DNA of 64,000 bases, taken from assembly GCA_963733195.1 (NCBI GenBank), contig CAVTCR010000076.1:1-64000 (forward strand). The letters are read 5' to 3'. The position numbers and the translations under genes were made by a program. Positions 11,299-21,147 of this stretch are shown here, piece after piece. This stretch comes from an uncultured delta proteobacterium. GTDB lineage: Bacteria > Desulfobacterota > Binatia > Bin18. The stretch's first letter is position 1; each line of letters starts with the position of its first letter. The notes under the pieces were generated by a model, which saw only the letters and a program-made list of their open reading frames with translations, made no database searches and had not been told where the DNA came from.

Positions 11299-12328
11299 CG
11301 CTTTGCGGAAGGTCGAAGAGGAGAAACGTACGCAGGAGACGGATGTCCGTACCCGTTTGCTCTCCAACTCTCCACGATTTGATTTCCGTATGCCGCGTCG
11401 TTCTCACTTGCCGTGGATCGTTGGGAGCGGGCTCATGTTTGTAGGGATTGTATGCGGAGCTGGGCTGATGCTATGGCACTCTTCTGATACGACCTCTGTA
11501 GTGGATGTTGCATCACCTACAACTAGTGCATCGCCGGTTACCGCAGCACAGCCACAGACCGCAACTCCACCCGGACCGCCACTCCAGAAACAATCCCAAC
11601 CCGAGCCGCAGTCGCCAACCACGCACGTACAGTTGCAGGGCGGTACTCACAGCCAAGAAGAGATAGCGAAGCCGCAATCTCGTGTGGCGCAGATTACTCC
11701 AGAGGTGGCGGCTGTAACTCCTCCCAAGGAATCGGCTCCAGTTGTTCCATCCTCCGCCGCTGCTGGAACAGCGCCGATTATTGCGGAAACCAAGCCGCAA
11801 TATGATCCATGGGCTGGAGGGAACCCACAAAAGGCAGCAGGCAACGCCGCTGGGAGGCCAGGCGCTGCAGCTGTCCCTCGTCCTTCAGAAGAAGTGGTGC
11901 AACGATCTCCGTTTGTGAATTCGCCCCCGTCTGACCAGATCGCGGCACCTCCGCCACTTCCTCCCCCAAGCGAACGTCGAGTCACTACGGCTGCACCAAA
12001 ACCGGTACGGCCTCGTCCGCAAGCAACAGAAAAAAGCGGGCACGCGACTCCTAATGCTCCCGCGACGGCCAACGATCCTCCACGTTCAGCTCCTGCAACG
12101 GCAGCGGAGCACGAGCAAACACTCAGCTCACCTCCTGGTGCGTCCTTATCATTTTTGCAATGGTCTGCTGATCCGGAAAAACGCGTTGCCTCGATTAAGG
12201 TCGGTACTGGTCCGGCAATGATTGCGCACGAAGGCGATTCGATCGAAGGGCTGACGATCGTAAAGATTCACCCAGATGCAGTCGAAATTCGCTCTGGAGA
12301 ATCTCACTATTTGCTCAAAGCCCGGTGA
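11282..12328 (+). CDS. ExeB/GspB-like protein (TM helix, Pro-rich linker)
   Basis: MSTILDALRKVEEE N-terminus; C-terminal WSADPEKRVASI...EGDSIEG...I.PDAV; overlaps the exeA 3' end. Confidence 0.75.
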   Translation: MSTILDALRKVEEEKRTQETDVRTRLLSNSPRFDFRMPRRSHLPWIVGSGLMFVGIVCGAGLMLWHSSDTTSVVDVASPTTSASPVTAAQPQTATPPGPPLQKQSQPEPQSPTTHVQLQGGTHSQEEIAKPQSRVAQITPEVAAVTPPKESAPVVPSSAAAGTAPIIAETKPQYDPWAGGNPQKAAGNAAGRPGAAAVPRPSEEVVQRSPFVNSPPSDQIAAPPPLPPPSERRVTTAAPKPVRPRPQATEKSGHATPNAPATANDPPRSAPATAAEHEQTLSSPPGASLSFLQWSADPEKRVASIKVGTGPAMIAHEGDSIEGLTIVKIHPDAVEIRSGESHYLLKAR

Positions 12329-12340
12329 TGAATTGGCAAT

Positions 12341-12361
12341 GGACAGGCCACAGGCCTGTCC
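12341..12361. terminator. Hairpin between convergent genes (REP-like or terminator)
   Basis: GGACAGGCC-ACA-GGCCTGTCC, 9-bp perfect stem. Confidence 0.45.
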
Positions 12362-12450
12362 TATCTACAGCTTTGACTGTTTTCGGGTGGTGCAGCCGAA
12401 CTGGCTGCGCACGGATTATGGTATAGGCTAGTAGCTTTGGGGAATTGATA

Positions 12451-12555
12451 TTATGCTTTCTTAGCCTGGACTTTTAATTCTCTGACACGGGCTTTCAGTC
12501 GTTTTTCTCGCCGTTTTCGTCGTCGGCGAATTTCACGGTCACGTTCTCGGTGCAT
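12451..12555 (-). CDS. Small Arg/Lys-rich protein, 34 aa (DUF6800-like); not in the ORF track
   Basis: Hand translation MHRERDREIRRRRKRREKRLKARVRELKVQAKKA*; purine-rich GAGGGGGTGAG upstream. Confidence 0.6.
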   Translation of the reverse strand: MHRERDREIRRRRKRREKRLKARVRELKVQAKKA

Positions 12556-12808
12556 TCCGCTACTCACCCCCTCTCTGAGGAGACGTTGGGGAGATGTTAT
12601 AGCGCGCTGACTGACAGTCGCAACGGGGGCTGTATGAGGACAATCAAGAACCCTGCTCCGGGCAAAGAAATTTTTTCTGTTCCTCTTTTCGGGTAAGCTA
12701 CTAGATATTGTGGTTTTGGGATTTTTTTGCTACAGGGTGTAGTGGTTCTAGGCTCGCTCTGGGCCGATCCAAATGACAGCCAAAGATTTCGTCCGATGTG
12801 AGAGGGGT

Positions 12809-13495
12809 GTGGAGCTGTTTACTATTAAAGGACTGAAGTCCGGGACGACATTTCTTTTCGATGACCGGGCGGCTTTTCCCGACGTGATTCATGCAGTGGA
12901 AGAAGAATTGGCGCGTGCCAAGGGCTTCTTTCGTGACTCACCAGTTGTGCTGCATTTCGGTGAGCGCAACCTGCATAAAGAAGAATGGCGAGAATTAAAA
13001 GAAATCCTCCACCGCGAAGGGTTGTTGTTACGATACGCGGTGGCTGGGACAGAGACGTGTCGGGACTTGCTGTATAAGGAAGGGCTTCCTGTCCGAGAGG
13101 AACTGATTGCCTCATCGCAAGAGAAAAAAACTGTTCAACCAGATGCAACCGAACAACCGACGGCACTGTATTTACGTCGTGGTCTTCGTTCTGGACAGAA
13201 ACGCGTCTTCAATGGCGATGTGGTGTTGGCGGGAGATGTCAATCAAGGGGCAGAAATTATCGCCGGAGGGGATACCATAGTTTTTGGCACCCTACGCGGA
13301 GTAGTGCATGCTGGCTACCCTGATAACCATAATGCAGTGGTTGTGGCACTCAACCTGATGCCGCTGCAATTACGGATTGGGCCATTCATTGCACGCGCAG
13401 AAGAAGAGCAAAATAACCGACGGGTACAACGTCCCGAGGTCGCTCGTGTAAAGGATGAGCGAATTGTCATTGAACCCTACCAAGGAAAATTATAG
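12809..13495 (+). CDS. minC: Septum site-determining protein MinC
   Basis: TIKGLKSG N-terminus; LRSGQ...GDVNQGAEIIAGG...GTLRGVVHAG...LQLRIG...PEVA. Confidence 0.9.
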   Translation: MELFTIKGLKSGTTFLFDDRAAFPDVIHAVEEELARAKGFFRDSPVVLHFGERNLHKEEWRELKEILHREGLLLRYAVAGTETCRDLLYKEGLPVREELIASSQEKKTVQPDATEQPTALYLRRGLRSGQKRVFNGDVVLAGDVNQGAEIIAGGDTIVFGTLRGVVHAGYPDNHNAVVVALNLMPLQLRIGPFIARAEEEQNNRRVQRPEVARVKDERIVIEPYQGKL

Positions 13496-13507
13496 GAGGC
13501 CCGCGTC

Positions 13508-14302
13508 ATGGGCGGACGTGCGATAGTTATCACTTCAGGAAAAGGCGGGGTTGGAAAAACGACCACGACCGCAAATATCGGTCTTGGCCTCGCTCGACAT
13601 GACCAGAGAGTCGCGCTGGTCGATGCCGACATCGGGTTGCGCAACCTCGACATCATCATGGGCTTAGAGAACCGCATCGTCTATCACCTGGTCGACGTCG
13701 TGCGGGGGCGCTGTCAAATACGCCAGGCACTGGTGAAAGATAAACGGTTCCCACAACTCTCGATGCTACCAGCGTCACAAGTTGATCAGAAAGAAGCAAT
13801 TACCCCGGATGAGATGAAGGGGCTAGTTGCACAGTTGAAAGAAGACTTTGACTTTGTCTTGATTGATTGTCCGGCTGGTATTGAACAGGGGTTTCGCAAT
13901 GCTGTGGCTGGGGCGGATGAGGCAATTGTTATTACCACACCGGATGTTTCCCCAGTACGCGATGCGGATCGAGTCATTGGGCTGCTGCAATCATCACTCG
14001 GTGAGCCACAACTGATTATTAACCGTATGTCCACCGACATGGTGAAACGTGGGGATATGCTGAACCAGCAAGATGTGCTCGACATTTTAGCTGTCCGACT
14101 GCTCGGGATTGTGCCTGAGGATGAAGAGGTGGTAGTCGCCGGCAACCGTGGGTCGCCGGTCGTATTGACTGAACAATCTCGTTCAGGAAAGGCGTTCGAC
14201 CGTATTGCCCGACGAATCCTTGGGGAAGACGTACCGATTCCCGAACTGAACGGGCATAGTGGAATCATGTACCGTCTCGGTAAACTGTTCTTCAGGAGAT
14301 AA
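13508..14302 (+). CDS. minD: Septum site-determining ATPase MinD
   Basis: SGKGGVGKTT, DADIGLRNLD, GLENRIVY, DCPAGIEQG, VRDADR; C-terminal amphipathic LGKLFF. Confidence 0.96.
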   Translation: MGGRAIVITSGKGGVGKTTTTANIGLGLARHDQRVALVDADIGLRNLDIIMGLENRIVYHLVDVVRGRCQIRQALVKDKRFPQLSMLPASQVDQKEAITPDEMKGLVAQLKEDFDFVLIDCPAGIEQGFRNAVAGADEAIVITTPDVSPVRDADRVIGLLQSSLGEPQLIINRMSTDMVKRGDMLNQQDVLDILAVRLLGIVPEDEEVVVAGNRGSPVVLTEQSRSGKAFDRIARRILGEDVPIPELNGHSGIMYRLGKLFFRR

Positions 14303-14306
14303 ATTT

Positions 14307-14684
14307 ATGGCATGGGGAGCGCTCGTTCAGCGATTCTTCGGAACCAAGGGGAGCAAGGATGAAGCGAAAGGGCGTTTGCAAATTGTCCTTGCCTACGACC
14401 GTTTGGGACTGTCTGCTGACCAAATGGAAGCCTTGCGCAAAGATATTATGGAAACCATTAGCCGACATGTGGCGATCGACACCGATCGAGTCAAGATTGA
14501 TTTTCTCCAGCAACACCCGGCTGCGGTGATGATCGAAGCACCGGTACGGCCAAAACGCTCTGGCGGAGAAGAGGCAAAGCCGGCAGAGGAACCCAAGCAA
14601 GAAGCAGAGCCAGAGGAAAAACAAGAAGTGAAAGAAACACTAAAACAGGTGGCCAATGGCAAGCCGAAACAATCAGTCAGCTAA
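14307..14684 (+). CDS. minE: Cell division topological specificity factor MinE with a charged C-terminal tail
   Basis: SKDEAKGRLQIVLAYDR...LRKDIMETISRHV; follows minD. Confidence 0.9.
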   Translation: MAWGALVQRFFGTKGSKDEAKGRLQIVLAYDRLGLSADQMEALRKDIMETISRHVAIDTDRVKIDFLQQHPAAVMIEAPVRPKRSGGEEAKPAEEPKQEAEPEEKQEVKETLKQVANGKPKQSVS

Positions 14685-14707
14685 AGCGAGCAGAATTCGG
14701 GAAAGAG

Positions 14708-14735
14708 AAGGGCGCGCAGGGTCGCGCCCTTTTTT
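14708..14735 (+). terminator. Rho-independent terminator of minCDE
   Basis: AAGGGCGCG-CAGGGT-CGCGCCCTT followed by a T-tract. Confidence 0.8.
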
Positions 14736-14789
14736 GTTTCTGCGCAATTATGTACTAAACAGGACGTAATCACAAAAGGAGGGAGCGAC

Positions 14790-15578
14790 GTGACTGCCTA
14801 CGAACATATTCTGATCGATCGCCAAGATGGGATCATTACACTGACACTCAACCATCCTGAAAACCTCAATGCGATGAGCGCCGAAATGGGAGATGAGGTT
14901 ACTGACCTGGTCCGCTCGCTCAAAGACGATCAATCTGCCCGAGTATTGGTGCTGACCGGTGCCGGGCGGGCATTTAGTGCGGGTGGGACAAAGGGAAATT
15001 TGCAGAGCCGGACAGCGGGCGGAAGTAACAGGGAGGCCCCGAAAGTATTCTATAAGAAATTTCTCACTCTCAGACAGTTAGAGATTCCGACGATTGCTGC
15101 AATCAACGGTCCTGCTGTCGGCGCGGGTTTCTGTGTCGCGCTAGCATGCGACATGCGTGTAGCGGCAACCAACGCGCGCATGGGGCTTACCTTTGTACGT
15201 CTCGGCATTCATCCAGGTATGGCAGGGACGTATACCACACCACGTATCGTGGGCATGGCGAAAGCGTGCGAAGTGATTTTTACTGGTAAGCTGTACACTG
15301 GTGAGGAAGCCTTCGCGATGGGATTAGTAAACCGTGTCGTGCCGCAAGAGAAAGTCATGGAAGAAGCAATGTCACTCGCTCGAGAGATTGCGATGAACTC
15401 GGCGCCTATCGCAGTGCGATTAGCGAAACGCGCGCTTTATAAGAACGATGCTGACCTTTTAGACGCGGCAATTGAAGTCGAATCTGAATACCAAGCCTAC
15501 ACGTGGACAACTGAAGATGCTAAAGAGGGCATCGCCGCCATGACCGAGAAACGCGCGCCGAAGTTTCAGGGGAAGTAA
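14790..15578 (+). CDS. Enoyl-CoA hydratase/isomerase family protein
   Basis: GAGRAFSAG, IAAINGPAVGAG, LACDMR, TEDAKEGIAAMTEKRAP. Confidence 0.92.
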   Translation: MTAYEHILIDRQDGIITLTLNHPENLNAMSAEMGDEVTDLVRSLKDDQSARVLVLTGAGRAFSAGGTKGNLQSRTAGGSNREAPKVFYKKFLTLRQLEIPTIAAINGPAVGAGFCVALACDMRVAATNARMGLTFVRLGIHPGMAGTYTTPRIVGMAKACEVIFTGKLYTGEEAFAMGLVNRVVPQEKVMEEAMSLAREIAMNSAPIAVRLAKRALYKNDADLLDAAIEVESEYQAYTWTTEDAKEGIAAMTEKRAPKFQGK

Positions 15579-15636
15579 AATGAGTGTGGGCTGATAGCGT
15601 GTTGTACCCGCTTCCAGCGTCTCGCACGCGCCAGCT

Positions 15637-15692
15637 TCCGCTCAGGCTGAGCGTAACGGAATAAAGTCGAAGTTCGCACCTCTTCGACTTTG
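15637..15692. repeat. REP-like family A, degenerate copy
   Basis: CCGCTCAGGCTGAGCGTAAC...AAAGTCGAAG...CTTCGACTTTG. Confidence 0.55.
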
Positions 15693-15799
15693 CTGCTGGA
15701 GCGGCGGCGCATTGGGTAAGCGGTGAAGGATGTTCGGAATCTTTGTACTGCACGTAAGAGAAACCTCCATGGAAGGTCCTCCCTTCCTCTCTCGTAGGG

Positions 15800-16504
15800 C
15801 TATCCCTCCGCCTCGTCTACGCGAGTGGCCATATCCACTGACCAGCGAACTTCTTCTTCCTTGAAAAATAAAGCGCCCTTCTTTTTAGGCGAAAGGCGTT
15901 TGGCGACCTCTTGATAGCGTTCATGTGCAGCCGTGATCGTTTGCAGAGCTACTGCACGAGTGCTCACTGGTAATTCTGTATAGATGACCGAGAGAATGTA
16001 CTGATGCTCAAGCAGAGCAGTTGCCAGAGTTTCGGCAAGTGCCTCTGTCTCGTTTGTGTCACTACTGACTAACCCCTTCGCTCGATCAAGATACTCCGTG
16101 TAGCGCTCGGCAGCAGTTGCAGCAGCGACAGAGTTTTCTGCTTTGATCATTGCTTCGACTTCAGCCAATTTCTCGCGGGTAAACGTCAGGTACAATCGAA
16201 CCTTATCTGTCGTAGTGCGAGTCAGGAGAAGCTGACTCTCTTCTTGTACCGCATCGAGACGATACAGGGCACTATCAGGAGTGCGCCCTGGGGCGGGTAA
16301 CCATTCGATATTGCCGAACGCACTAGCAAAGCCATGACCAGCGAACGCTGAAAATGGAAGATAGAAGAAAACAAACAGAGAGAGATATAGAGATAAGAAG
16401 TGATATAAAGAGAAGGCGAGCGAGCTGTGGTGTGTGCTGCGCGCACGTGCCGGGTTCAGAATATCCTTCGATTTCACTCCATACGAGACCAGGCTGATGT
16501 TCAT
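15800..16504 (-). CDS. Exported helical protein, DUF5667-like
   Basis: PGRTPDSALYRLD...E...EKLAE pattern after a hydrophobic segment; ATGA overlap with the upstream gene. Confidence 0.6.
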   Translation of the reverse strand: MNISLVSYGVKSKDILNPARARSTHHSSLAFSLYHFLSLYLSLFVFFYLPFSAFAGHGFASAFGNIEWLPAPGRTPDSALYRLDAVQEESQLLLTRTTTDKVRLYLTFTREKLAEVEAMIKAENSVAAATAAERYTEYLDRAKGLVSSDTNETEALAETLATALLEHQYILSVIYTELPVSTRAVALQTITAAHERYQEVAKRLSPKKKGALFFKEEEVRWSVDMATRVDEAEG

Positions 16505-17523
16505 GATTGCTTATCGCCAGTGGGAACACTCGGTGTGACAATCGATCGCACCGTCGTCTCCATCCCTTCTCTGTACTCTTCTACCTTGACCATAAAATCG
16601 GCAACCAGTGGCTTGCTGCCTGGAGCACATTCAAAGAAAATTGTGTACGTTCCGGGAGTGGGGAAAAAATGATGGACCGGCAACTCCGGTCCGTAGTACA
16701 CCTGTTTCTGCGGTCCGCGCATCAGTTGTACCATCATTTGCGCCATGTGGTTGGGGTTGGTGGTGTGATCGCGCATGGCATTCATCATCGCCGCCATTTC
16801 TGGCGTGTACGTATGCTGATGGCCAAAGTTGGTCCCATCCGTTCGCCATGATGCCATATGAACTTCAGTGCCAAGATACAATCCCAGGTCAGTGACTGGG
16901 GTGCCGTCTTGGTGGCTGAGATGGAGAACCAGCTCGGTGTCGTAGCCTGCAAGAGGGGGATCAGGAGAGGTTGTGAGTACAGCTTGATATTGCCCAAAGG
17001 TCTTATTTTTGGTGAGGTCAACGGTAACCTCAGGTTGTTGAGAGTGATCGCCAACAGGTAGTCTGAACTGCTTTACCCAACTGCGATCTTTGTGGGTGAA
17101 CTCTCCAGCAAGGAGGTACTCTCCAGCAGTGGGAAAGGTGTATGGATAATGAAACGTGGCAACGGCGAGGTCTTGGGCTGTGAGTGGGGAAAAATCTTCG
17201 TGATGAATATGTACGAAAGTACGAAAATCACGACTCACGATAAAGGTATGCAGGGCGCGTTCGTGCAGAATCTGCAGGTCTGAGACTGGTTGTCCTGTTT
17301 TCGCATCGCTCACACGATAGGTCAGCGACACCTGCTCTTGAGAACGTGGCTGTGGTGGAGAAACTGAGAGGGCCAAGCGATAAGGGCCATCTGGCTGCCC
17401 AATGAGTACTGTTTCTTGTGTTTTTTGACAGCCGAGTAACCCGAAGACCATAGTAGCCAGTAGCCAGTAACCAGTAACCAGTAGACGGGCAAGGGGTGTG
17501 GGATGAAAGTTGCAAAGTGGCAC
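16501..17523 (-). CDS. His/Met-rich lipoprotein, possibly metal-binding
   Basis: Lipobox LLGC; HERALHTFIVSRDF..HIHHE, YLGTEVH, HQH and a Met-rich segment. Confidence 0.6.
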   Translation of the reverse strand: MPLCNFHPTPLARLLVTGYWLLATMVFGLLGCQKTQETVLIGQPDGPYRLALSVSPPQPRSQEQVSLTYRVSDAKTGQPVSDLQILHERALHTFIVSRDFRTFVHIHHEDFSPLTAQDLAVATFHYPYTFPTAGEYLLAGEFTHKDRSWVKQFRLPVGDHSQQPEVTVDLTKNKTFGQYQAVLTTSPDPPLAGYDTELVLHLSHQDGTPVTDLGLYLGTEVHMASWRTDGTNFGHQHTYTPEMAAMMNAMRDHTTNPNHMAQMMVQLMRGPQKQVYYGPELPVHHFFPTPGTYTIFFECAPGSKPLVADFMVKVEEYREGMETTVRSIVTPSVPTGDKQS

Positions 17524-17942
17524 TTGAGTTATTCCTCAGTTCTCAACTTTTGCTCATCTTTGCCTTTTGACTTATTCTAACTCTAGACCCCCCGACTCTA
17601 GACTCTGAGACTCTTCTGATCCGTTTTTCCTCTTTCCCGTTATCCGTTTATCCATTATCTTTTATCCCCTTTTCATCCTTTCGCCGATTTGCCGATTCAC
17701 CGTTTCTCTTTCCTCTCTTTTTTTGCTTTCCCTATGGAGTTGGCTGGTCATAGTCTGTTCGGTTGGGGCTGTCAAACGATGCTTTTTATTTTCCTAGTAA
17801 AAATAAGGGGTTGTGATTGTACGGGGCATTTAGGGACGTTGCTTTTCTCTAGCCCTTCCTTTATACCAAGAGCCTACGTGGAACGGGGAAGGGACCCACA
17901 CGAAGTACAGTATGGCCGTTACCAACGGGAAGGGTTAGGAGG

Positions 17943-18536
17943 ATGTCCGTGGATCCACGAATGATTCATTTGTATAGCTATTACCGCGAAGCCGAATTGC
18001 GGGGAGCCACGCTCCTCCTAAAATTGATTATGCGGGTTGATGACCCTGAGTCGCAAGTCAAACTTTCTCGTCATCTCGCCGATGAAACTCGTCATGCTTG
18101 GTTGTGGACGAAACGCATTGCTGACCTTGGAAGTACGCCAGTTCAGATCGAGGACGGGTATCAAGTCCGTATCGGTAAAGAAGTCGGCATTCCCCGAACG
18201 CTGATTGATCTTTTTGCCTTAACTGTCGTCGTTGAAGAACGTGCTCAGCGCCGGTACCTTGAACATGCGCGACGGCCCAACATTGATCCAGAAACTCGAG
18301 AACTACTGCATGAAGTGACAAAAGACGAGAAGTGGCATATCGGCTGGATCAAGAACAAACTCAAAGACCTTGCTGCCGAAAACGGCGGGGAAGAAAAGAT
18401 GCGAGCGACCCTCGAACGGTATCGTCAGATTGATAATAAAGTCGTGGCAGAAATGCAAGAGAAAGAGCGTGCCGCCTTTGGATTTTCCTTCTCTGATGAT
18501 CCGGCGGAGACGATTGAACTCGCCGTGAACCAATAA
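17943..18536 (+). CDS. Ferritin-like domain protein
   Basis: Paired DETRH and DEKWH diiron-type motifs, with upstream Glu residues (EAE, VEE). Confidence 0.75.
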   Translation: MSVDPRMIHLYSYYREAELRGATLLLKLIMRVDDPESQVKLSRHLADETRHAWLWTKRIADLGSTPVQIEDGYQVRIGKEVGIPRTLIDLFALTVVVEERAQRRYLEHARRPNIDPETRELLHEVTKDEKWHIGWIKNKLKDLAAENGGEEKMRATLERYRQIDNKVVAEMQEKERAAFGFSFSDDPAETIELAVNQ

Positions 18537-18548
18537 CATACCACCCAT

Positions 18549-19601
18549 ATGACGGGAGCACCTGTGAAAGGGGCTACCGAGAATTCTCCGCCATCATCCA
18601 CGCTGCTTACTGACGAGGGAAACGTTCAATCTTCTCCCTCGCAGAAAAGCGGGCGAAAAAAGAAAATCATTCGCCCGGCCCGCCAGCGACACCCAATTGT
18701 TGCCCGTTGTGAATATATTCTGTTCCTGGCCCTATTTTTATCTCTTCGCGTGCTGCCATTCCGTGCCGCGTTCCGTGTTGGCGAGTGGATTGGGTTGTTC
18801 TTGTATCACTGCGACCGTCCGCACCGGCGAGTTGGACTGACCAACCTCGCCATGGCCTTCCCTCACAAGAGTGCGGTTGAACACCGCGCCATTTTACGCG
18901 CAAGCTTTCTGAATCTGGGTCGAATGGTAGCTGAATTCTGCCACATGCATACCCTCACTCCGAACACGATATCTGAACGGATCGCGTTTACCGATTTCGC
19001 CCAATGGCAAGAGATAGTGACAAAGGCCCGGCAGACAGGAGGGGTGATCTTAACAGCGCACTTCGGTAATTGGGAACTCCTCGCCTATTCACATGCTCAC
19101 TATGGATTCCCTATCCATATTATCCACCGTAGCCTGCGCAATCCGCTCATCGATGAAGTCATCGTGCGCGAACGAGAGCGCAGTGGCAACAAAATCATTC
19201 GCAAGACAGCAGCAGGGATCGAGGTTTTTCGCGCACTGCGGCAGAAATCCTTCGTTGCCGTTGCGATCGATCAGAATGCCTCTGGGCGGATGGGGATCTT
19301 TGTTCCTTTCTTTTCCCGCCTGGCCTCAACCTCTAGTGGTGCTGCCGGTTTAGTTCTTGCGTCTGGAGTGCCAGTGTTCCCTGCGTTTCCTATACGAGAG
19401 AAGGGTACGTGGCGGCATCGGATTGTGATCGGGACGCCAGTCGAATTCGTCCGCACAGGAAATCAAGAAGAAGATCTACGGGTGCTGACCGAAAAGTTTT
19501 CTGTGGTGGTCCAACAGATGGTAGAACAATATCCCGACCATTGGCTGTGGATTCACAAGCGCTGGAAACGTCGCCCAGATGGCGAAGCGCCAATCTATTG
19601 A
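18549..19601 (+). CDS. Lipid A biosynthesis acyltransferase (LpxL/HtrB family)
   Basis: TAHFGNWE, DQNA, VPFF, YPDHWLWIHKRWK. Confidence 0.88.
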   Translation: MTGAPVKGATENSPPSSTLLTDEGNVQSSPSQKSGRKKKIIRPARQRHPIVARCEYILFLALFLSLRVLPFRAAFRVGEWIGLFLYHCDRPHRRVGLTNLAMAFPHKSAVEHRAILRASFLNLGRMVAEFCHMHTLTPNTISERIAFTDFAQWQEIVTKARQTGGVILTAHFGNWELLAYSHAHYGFPIHIIHRSLRNPLIDEVIVRERERSGNKIIRKTAAGIEVFRALRQKSFVAVAIDQNASGRMGIFVPFFSRLASTSSGAAGLVLASGVPVFPAFPIREKGTWRHRIVIGTPVEFVRTGNQEEDLRVLTEKFSVVVQQMVEQYPDHWLWIHKRWKRRPDGEAPIY

Positions 19602-19610
19602 GCTGTCTTT

Positions 19611-20063
19611 CTACGCTTCAATCTTTTGCAGGACGACATCGGTAAACGTGAGTAGCTCACTAACAGTGTGAAGCTTATACTCTTTTTCGTAAAAGATACG
19701 TTTGATCCCTGTGTTGATCAGCACTTTCAGGCAATGAATGCACGGTGTGTGCGTGACGTAGATGTCCGCGTCACGAATACTAACACCGTTCTTGGCAGCT
19801 TGCGCGATGGCGTTGATCTCCGCGTGGATCGTGCGATAGCAGTTCTCTTCGCTTTCACCTGTTGGCGTTTTTGATTGATAAATAAGGCACCCGACTTCTG
19901 TACAATGCGGCAGCCCAGCCGGTGAGCCGTTGTAGCCACTCGCTAGAACGTTCTTGTCGCGCACGATCACCGCGCCGACTTTTGCCCGATTGCAGGTCGA
20001 GCGCTCGGCAACCTGGCGCGTGATGGTCAGAAAGTATTGATCCCAGGATGGTCGTTGGCTCAT
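19611..20063 (-). CDS. dCMP deaminase (ComEB-like)
   Basis: RPSWDQYF, RSTC, GYNG, HAEINAI, PCIHC zinc motif. Confidence 0.9.
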   Translation of the reverse strand: MSQRPSWDQYFLTITRQVAERSTCNRAKVGAVIVRDKNVLASGYNGSPAGLPHCTEVGCLIYQSKTPTGESEENCYRTIHAEINAIAQAAKNGVSIRDADIYVTHTPCIHCLKVLINTGIKRIFYEKEYKLHTVSELLTFTDVVLQKIEA

Positions 20064-21141
20064 GGTCGATAGAAAATGCGAAAGGAAGGTTGTGTCACGG
20101 GGCGAGAGGTGTCCGGAGAGTAGGAAATCACGGTAATTTCTTCCTCGGGCAAACTCTTAGGTTCCATGATCATCAGCGGAGCAGGCATGAATGTGAGCCC
20201 AAACAAGGCCACAGTACTCCAGGCGTACAGTTTCCGTCGCGGATCAAGAGAAGAAAACAGGTCTCGAGTTGGGGGATGATCGACTCCTAGAAACGCTAAC
20301 AAGGCCACCCAGAAAAACCATCCTGCCCACCCTTGAAAGCCGAGGAAGAAAATAATCGCAAGAAAGCCACGGGAGATCCAACGATGAAACCGTCCGAACA
20401 ATGCATACGTCACATGCCCACCGTCGAGCTGTCCGACCGGAAGCAAATTGAGAAATGTCACAAACAGTCCAAACCAACCAGCAAGGGCGATCGGGTGCAG
20501 TTCGATATTGACGTTGTCTCCGGAGACACCAAGGACGAGACGGGTGAGCAGGGAAAACAAAAATGAGTCTCCCAAGTACAAGCCGCCTTCGAAGGGATTC
20601 AACGGACGAACTTCCGAAAGTGCTAAGCCAATGATCACTGCAGGAATAGCAATGATGACTCCTCCCCACGGGCCCGCTGCACCAACGTCAAAAAGAGTCC
20701 GTCGATCTACGGGGATCGATTTCATACGAATAAAGGCGCCAAATGTGCCAATGGGAAGAAGTGGGAAAGGTGGCGCAGGGAGAAAGTATGGCAGGGTCGC
20801 ACGAACTCCGTGTTTCCAAGCAAACAGATAATGTCCCATCTCATGGAACAGCAGAATCAACATGAGTGGGACAGAGAAGGTAAGTCCCTGGACGAGGGCG
20901 CCAGGGTTTGCCAGGATCCCGTACACGAGAGCGGAAATGCTCGGTAGGGGATAAGCACCTTTTTGCAACGCGCCAGCGAGGGTTGTCGTAGCGAAGGTGA
21001 CGAGAAAGAGGCCTAGGTGGAGTAGCAGTCGTTGCGGCTCGGGACGAACAATAAGCTGCGGTACGACGAGCGGCGGTAAGGATGGTATCCGTTGAGGGCC
21101 CCAGCCTCAGGCTGGTCCATTGGTGGCATCGGGAGTGACAT
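20060..21141 (-). CDS. Site-2 protease (M50); 5' end probably frameshifted near 21100
   Basis: HEMGH, AGP, NLLPVGQLDGGH; in-frame HLGLFLVTFATTTLAG upstream of the tracked start. Confidence 0.85.
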
Positions 21142-21147
21142 ATGAAA

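Noticed and set aside
17689-17964. ORFs arising in low-complexity spacers (also 24523-24738, 28439-28759, 43058-43357)
   Set aside because: They translate 7/8-mer arrays or overlap real genes out of frame.
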